Below are positions 27,198 through 31,439 of a stretch of 31,439 nt of DNA, one piece after another; positions within the stretch are counted from its first letter, which is position 1; the number at the start of each line of letters is the position of its first letter. A program made the position numbers and the translations under genes. Source of the stretch: an uncultured Thermococci archaeon (GTDB taxonomy: Archaea; Methanobacteriota_B; Thermococci; Thermococcales; Thermococcaceae); NCBI GenBank assembly GCA_964487115.1, contig CAZAPD010000066.1:1-31439 (forward strand). The letters run 5' to 3'. Under the pieces are notes generated by a model that was not told the origin of the DNA, ran no database searches, and was given only the letters and a program-made list of their open reading frames with translations.

Positions 27198-27267
27198 TTT
27201 CTATAGTCCTATGGTCCAGTGTATATAAATCTTGCCTTTATTGTGTTGAAAACAAAAATTAAAAACG

Positions 27268-28635
27268 TTAATCTGCACAGCATTTCTCTCTCATGTGTGC
27301 CGGTAGAATCTCCCTGAAGCCTGTGTACTTCCAGATGGCCTTTGGAAGCTTCACGACACCCTCTTCAGTCTGAAAGTTTTCGAGGATAGCGACTATCGCC
27401 CTTGAGGTAGCTATGGCGGTCGAATTGAGTGTGTGGACGAATTTGGGCTTCTCGTGGGTCTTGTCGCGGTAGCGAATGTTCAAGCGTCTCGCCTGCCACT
27501 CAGTGCAGTTGCTGGCCGAGACAACTTCCCTGAATTTACCTTGGCCTGCCATCCAAGCCTCAATGTCGTACTTTTTGGCTGCAACATAACCTAAGTCGCC
27601 GGTGCAGATGTTCACAACGCGATAGGGTATCTTAAGTTCTTGAAATATCTCCTCAGCGTTTTTGATTATTCTTTCATGCCATTCCCAGCTCTCCTCTGGC
27701 CTTGAATAGACGAACTGCTCAACCTTGTGGAACTGATGCACTCTGAATATTCCCTTTGTGTCCTTGCCAGCAGTCCCAGCTTCTTTCCTGAAACACGGGC
27801 TTATCCCGGCATATAACAGAGGTAAATCAGCTCCATCAAGTATTTCATTGGCATGAAGCCCGGCGAGAGGATGTTCAGAGGTTGGGATTAGATAGAGGTC
27901 TTCACCCTCTACCTTATAGATGACGTCCTCAAAGTCGCCGAAGCTGGTAACGCCCTCCTCAACGAAACGCCTGACCATGTATGGTGGAACTACAGGGATA
28001 AAGCCCTTTTCGATGAGTTTGTCGAGGGCAAACCGGAGCAATGCCAAATCGAGGATGACCAGCTCATTCATGAGGTAGTAAAAGCGTGAGCCGCTTACCT
28101 TCGCAGCTCTCTCAAGGTCTGCTCCCCTTAGGAGTTCGAGCATATCAACGTGAAGCCTCGGTCTCCAGTCGAGGAGCTCGTACTCCATCTCTCCAAGGCT
28201 CTGCTCTTTAAAGCTTTCGAGAAAGCCTTCCCAGACTCTTGCCTTTCCCCAGAATCTTATGGGTACATTTTCGGTGTCATCTTTGCCGATAGGAACGCTT
28301 TCGTGGGTGATGTTTGGTAAACGCCAGAGGTAGTAGTCAATTTTCTTTCTGATCTCTTCAATTTCCTTTTCCAAGGTTTCAATCTGCTGGACTATCTCTT
28401 TGCTTTTGGCTAAGAGGTCATCTACGCTTTCACCTGCTTTTTTTCTTTTTCCTATTTCTATGGCAATCCTGTTTCTATCGCGTCTGAGGGTGTTGATTTT
28501 TCTGAGGTTCTCCCTCCATCTCCTGTCCAGCTCAAGAATTTCATCTATCCATTTGAGTTTCTCTATTTCTCCACGCTTTATCAGGTCTGCTTTAACGGTA
28601 TCTGGGCTTTCACGGATGAGCTTTATGTCAAGCAT
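27268..28635 (-). CDS. serS: Seryl-tRNA synthetase
   Basis: MLDIKLIRE N-terminal coiled coil, LIPTSEHPL, CFRKEAG, GIFRVHQFHKVEQF, HTLNSTAIA. Confidence 0.98.
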   Translation of the reverse strand: MLDIKLIRESPDTVKADLIKRGEIEKLKWIDEILELDRRWRENLRKINTLRRDRNRIAIEIGKRKKAGESVDDLLAKSKEIVQQIETLEKEIEEIRKKIDYYLWRLPNITHESVPIGKDDTENVPIRFWGKARVWEGFLESFKEQSLGEMEYELLDWRPRLHVDMLELLRGADLERAAKVSGSRFYYLMNELVILDLALLRFALDKLIEKGFIPVVPPYMVRRFVEEGVTSFGDFEDVIYKVEGEDLYLIPTSEHPLAGLHANEILDGADLPLLYAGISPCFRKEAGTAGKDTKGIFRVHQFHKVEQFVYSRPEESWEWHERIIKNAEEIFQELKIPYRVVNICTGDLGYVAAKKYDIEAWMAGQGKFREVVSASNCTEWQARRLNIRYRDKTHEKPKFVHTLNSTAIATSRAIVAILENFQTEEGVVKLPKAIWKYTGFREILPAHMREKCCAD

Positions 28636-28709
28636 GCTATCACCTTAGAAATAAAATGATGCTGTTGTTTAAAAATATTTGCTGATTGGTTGCTTTGAGG
28701 AATAAAGGA

Positions 28710-29915
28710 CTAAAACCCAAAAAGAATCACTTCCACATCCTCATCCTCCTCAAGTATCTCAACATTCTCAGGTACCTCAATGAAACCATCCGCCTCAATA
28801 AAGCTTGTCACTGCCCCACTGCCCTTTAATATTGGTATAGCTTTTTCTCCTTCAATCCTGACAGGGAGGAACTGTCTCCTTCCTTTGACGGAGAATATCT
28901 TGTGGGCAAGCTTTTTCTGAGCTGTTCTGTGCTCATAACCCTGTCCAATAAGCTTCCTGATGAGTGGAGCAACTAAGAGTGTGAAGTTCGTCAAACAGCT
29001 CGTTGGATAGCCGGGAAGGCCGAATATGGGTTTTCCACCTATTAATCCTATTATCGTAGGTTTCCCTGGCTGGATCGCAATACCGTGAACCATAATCTCT
29101 CCAAGCTCCTCGATGATTGAGGCCGTTAAATCCCTTATCCCCCCGCTCGCACCGCCAGAGAGCAGAATCATATCGCAACATCTAACACCTCTAAGAATAA
29201 GTTCTCTCAGGCTCTCTCTGTCATCTTTGGCTATTCCAAGGAAAATTGCTTCTCCTCCTATCTCTCTAACAGCATCAGCTATAGCTCTTCCATTTATATC
29301 GTAAATTTGCCCATGTTTCAGGTTTTTTCCCGGGAGAACAACCTCGTTTCCCGTGCTTATCACGGCCACTCGGGGTTTTCTGAAAACCTTAACCTCACTA
29401 AAGCCCACAGCTGAGAGGAGGGCAGTTTCCTTGAACCCAAGCCTTTGACCCCTTCTCAGGAGATGCTTGCCTGCAGGTATATCCGCCCCTGCCTTCATGA
29501 CTCCAAGACCGGGATAGGCAGGTTTGTAGATTGTAACCTCATCTCCTTCCCTGTCGACATCCTCAAACTGTACTACGGCATCTGCTCCCTTTGGCAGAGG
29601 TGCACCCGTGGAGATATAGACACTCTCATCCTTATTGAGTGTGATTTCAGGTGTATCTCCTGCGTTTATTTCCCCAATTACCCTCAGTATTGCGGGATTG
29701 CTCTCGCTTGCCATGAATGTATCCTCCGCTCTGACAGCATAGCCATCAACGGTTGCTCTATCGAAAGGAGGAACATTTATGGGGCTTCTAACGTCTTCGG
29801 CCAGTATTCTTCCAAGGACATTTTCTATCGCCACTTCCTCGATTTCGCTCTTCAAGGGAAGCGAATCAATAATCTTCAGGGCCTCTTCAAGAGAAATAAC
29901 CTTTAGGAATGCCAT
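28710..29915 (-). CDS. moeA: Molybdopterin/tungstopterin metal insertase MoeA
   Basis: PPFDRATVDGYAV, ISTGAPLP, STGNEV, QPGKP, GLPGYP. GGGTGA RBS before ATG 29915. Confidence 0.95.
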   Translation of the reverse strand: MAFLKVISLEEALKIIDSLPLKSEIEEVAIENVLGRILAEDVRSPINVPPFDRATVDGYAVRAEDTFMASESNPAILRVIGEINAGDTPEITLNKDESVYISTGAPLPKGADAVVQFEDVDREGDEVTIYKPAYPGLGVMKAGADIPAGKHLLRRGQRLGFKETALLSAVGFSEVKVFRKPRVAVISTGNEVVLPGKNLKHGQIYDINGRAIADAVREIGGEAIFLGIAKDDRESLRELILRGVRCCDMILLSGGASGGIRDLTASIIEELGEIMVHGIAIQPGKPTIIGLIGGKPIFGLPGYPTSCLTNFTLLVAPLIRKLIGQGYEHRTAQKKLAHKIFSVKGRRQFLPVRIEGEKAIPILKGSGAVTSFIEADGFIEVPENVEILEEDEDVEVILFGF

Positions 29916-30381
29916 TTTATCACCCACAAAAAAGAGGGTGATTTGTTATAAATGGATTGCGTAAGCAGGGATGTTTAACCAATAAAAGGACACAAGTGTG
30001 TTTCTATAAGTTTAAAGAATATGCCGTTTTCCACACTGAAACTTTGAGATGAGGGCTTTTGGATGAGAAAAGAGAGTTAAAAAGCTGTTCTCGTACATGG
30101 CTGACGGTGTTTAGAGTGCAGTTCTTGGGCCGAGGATAGAAAAAGAAACATCCGCTTTCACTAAATATACGGAGAATCGGGAGTTACATAAACGTCGCCA
30201 GCTGACAGGGGGTTCTCCTGTAAGGTGATTGAAAGCATGAAAAATCCCCTGAAGATGGAAGAAAACACCAAATTCTGTATGATTGCCTCGGCCCTCGTCT
30301 TCCGACAAGTTTCAGGTTTATGGTGTTGTGAGCTTACGGATCAAAGCAACTGAGCGGACGGATAAATTTTTAAGCACAAAG

Positions 30382-30414
30382 ACCTACTCTAAAGTATGAT
30401 ACTTAGGAGTAGGT
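30382..30414. promoter_or_regulatory. 33-bp imperfect palindrome centred on the ATPase start codon (putative operator)
   Basis: ACCTACTCTAAAGTAT-G-ATACTTAGGAGTAGGT, 14 of 16 positions symmetric. TATA-like TTTTTAAG at 30367-30374. Confidence 0.65.
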
Positions 30415-31439
30415 TTATTGACAGAGAGGCTGAGCTGAACTTCCTGAGGGAAAGATACAAATCCGGGAAGCCAGAACTCATAGTGCTCTACGGCAGGAGG
30501 AGGGTAGGAAAGACCTTCCTGCTGAGAAAGTTCCTCTCGGAGGTCGGCGGGCTCTACCTCCTCGCCGAGGAGAGCGAGACAATCCTTGAGGACTTCTCCG
30601 AAAGGCTGGCGGAATATTTCAACGACCCTTTCCTGAGGGAGAATCCTCCCGCTAACTGGAGGGCTTTCTTCACGTATTTAGCCGGGAAAAGCAACGACCG
30701 GCTCGTCGTCGTGATTGACGAGGTTCAGTACATAGCGAGAGCCCAGAAGGAGTTCCTCAGCGTCCTCCAGAAGTACTGGGATCTGTACCTCTCGGGCACG
30801 AAGATAATGCTCATCCTCTGCGGTTCTCTCGTCTCGTTCATGGAGGGCGTTCTCTCCTCAAAGTCCCCAATCTACGGCAGGAGAACCGGAGCGTGGAAGG
30901 TCGAGGAGATGAGCTTCTTCGACACTCTCGGGTTTTACCTGATGCCTGTTGAGGAGGCCGTCAGGGTCTACTCCATCTTCGGCGGCGTCCCTCAGTACTG
31001 GGCCGACTACAGCCCTAAAAGGAATTTCTGGGACAACCTCCGTGCCCTGCTTCTCTCAAAAGGTGCCAAGTACTACGACGAGCCCAAATATCTCCTGAAG
31101 GAGGAGCTACGCGACGTTTCCCGCTACTTCTCGATTCTGCGCGCAATAGCCCTCGGCTACACCCGCTTCGGCCAGATTGCAGACAGAGCGCGGATAGAGA
31201 CCAAGTCCCTCGGAAAATACCTGAACGTTCTCGAGGAGATGGGCTACATAGCAGAGGAGAAGCCCATCGTTGGGAGGGCGAGAACCCACTACCGCATAAA
31301 GGACAACCTCTTTCACTTCTGGTTCCGCTTCGTGTATCCGCGGAGGAACGAGCTGGAGATGGGTTTCGACGTTGTGGGAGACATGAAGGAGGAGTTCAAC
31401 GCCTACGTGGGGGAGGCGTTTGAAGAGATCGCAAAGCAG
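30396..31439 (+). CDS. Archaeal ATPase (ATPase_2, winged helix, DUF234 type), 3' end outside the window
   Basis: Not in the ORF track. Manual translation gives MILRSRFIDREAEL, Walker A YGRRRVGKT, Walker B VVVIDEVQY, ILCGS, GGVPQY and YRIKDNLFHFWFRFV. The start and the final codons of the window are in the same frame. Confidence 0.93.
   Translation, partial: MILRSRFIDREAELNFLRERYKSGKPELIVLYGRRRVGKTFLLRKFLSEVGGLYLLAEESETILEDFSERLAEYFNDPFLRENPPANWRAFFTYLAGKSNDRLVVVIDEVQYIARAQKEFLSVLQKYWDLYLSGTKIMLILCGSLVSFMEGVLSSKSPIYGRRTGAWKVEEMSFFDTLGFYLMPVEEAVRVYSIFGGVPQYWADYSPKRNFWDNLRALLLSKGAKYYDEPKYLLKEELRDVSRYFSILRAIALGYTRFGQIADRARIETKSLGKYLNVLEEMGYIAEEKPIVGRARTHYRIKDNLFHFWFRFVYPRRNELEMGFDVVGDMKEEFNAYVGEAFEEIAKQ

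Noticed and set aside
30278..30354. Possible C/D box RNA (ATGATT...CCGA...CTGA)
   Set aside because: The boxes are degenerate and the guide spacing is too long compared with the clear example at 15454.

Overview
A mostly core-genome segment of a Thermococcales archaeon (Thermococcus/Palaeococcus-like), judged from gene content, GGTGA-type ribosome-binding sites and TATA promoters. It carries UPF0179-egsA, a DUF63-IMPase/FBPase-rhomboid operon, an intron-containing tRNA-Met, hef, smc-scpA, a methylmalonyl-CoA module (B12-binding subunit, meaB, epimerase), PHP, maf, the PINA ATPase, minD, asnB, a secreted protein, a GT4 glycosyltransferase, sua5, several conserved hypotheticals, serS and moeA, and ends in a GC-rich archaeal ATPase gene cut by the window edge. 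I found no CRISPR array, intact mobile element or clearly new multi-gene system. The points the ORF track misses are: (i) about 850 bp of three fused gene remnants between egsA and DUF63; (ii) a C/D-box guide sRNA with a predictable 23S target and an unexplained structured region behind it; (iii) a 33-bp palindrome centred on the ATPase start codon; (iv) one palindromic TATA box placed midway between hef and a protein with RNase-toxin-like motifs; (v) a 5'-leader hairpin on a lipoprotein gene built from two tandem domains. All family assignments come from motif recognition by eye, not database searches.
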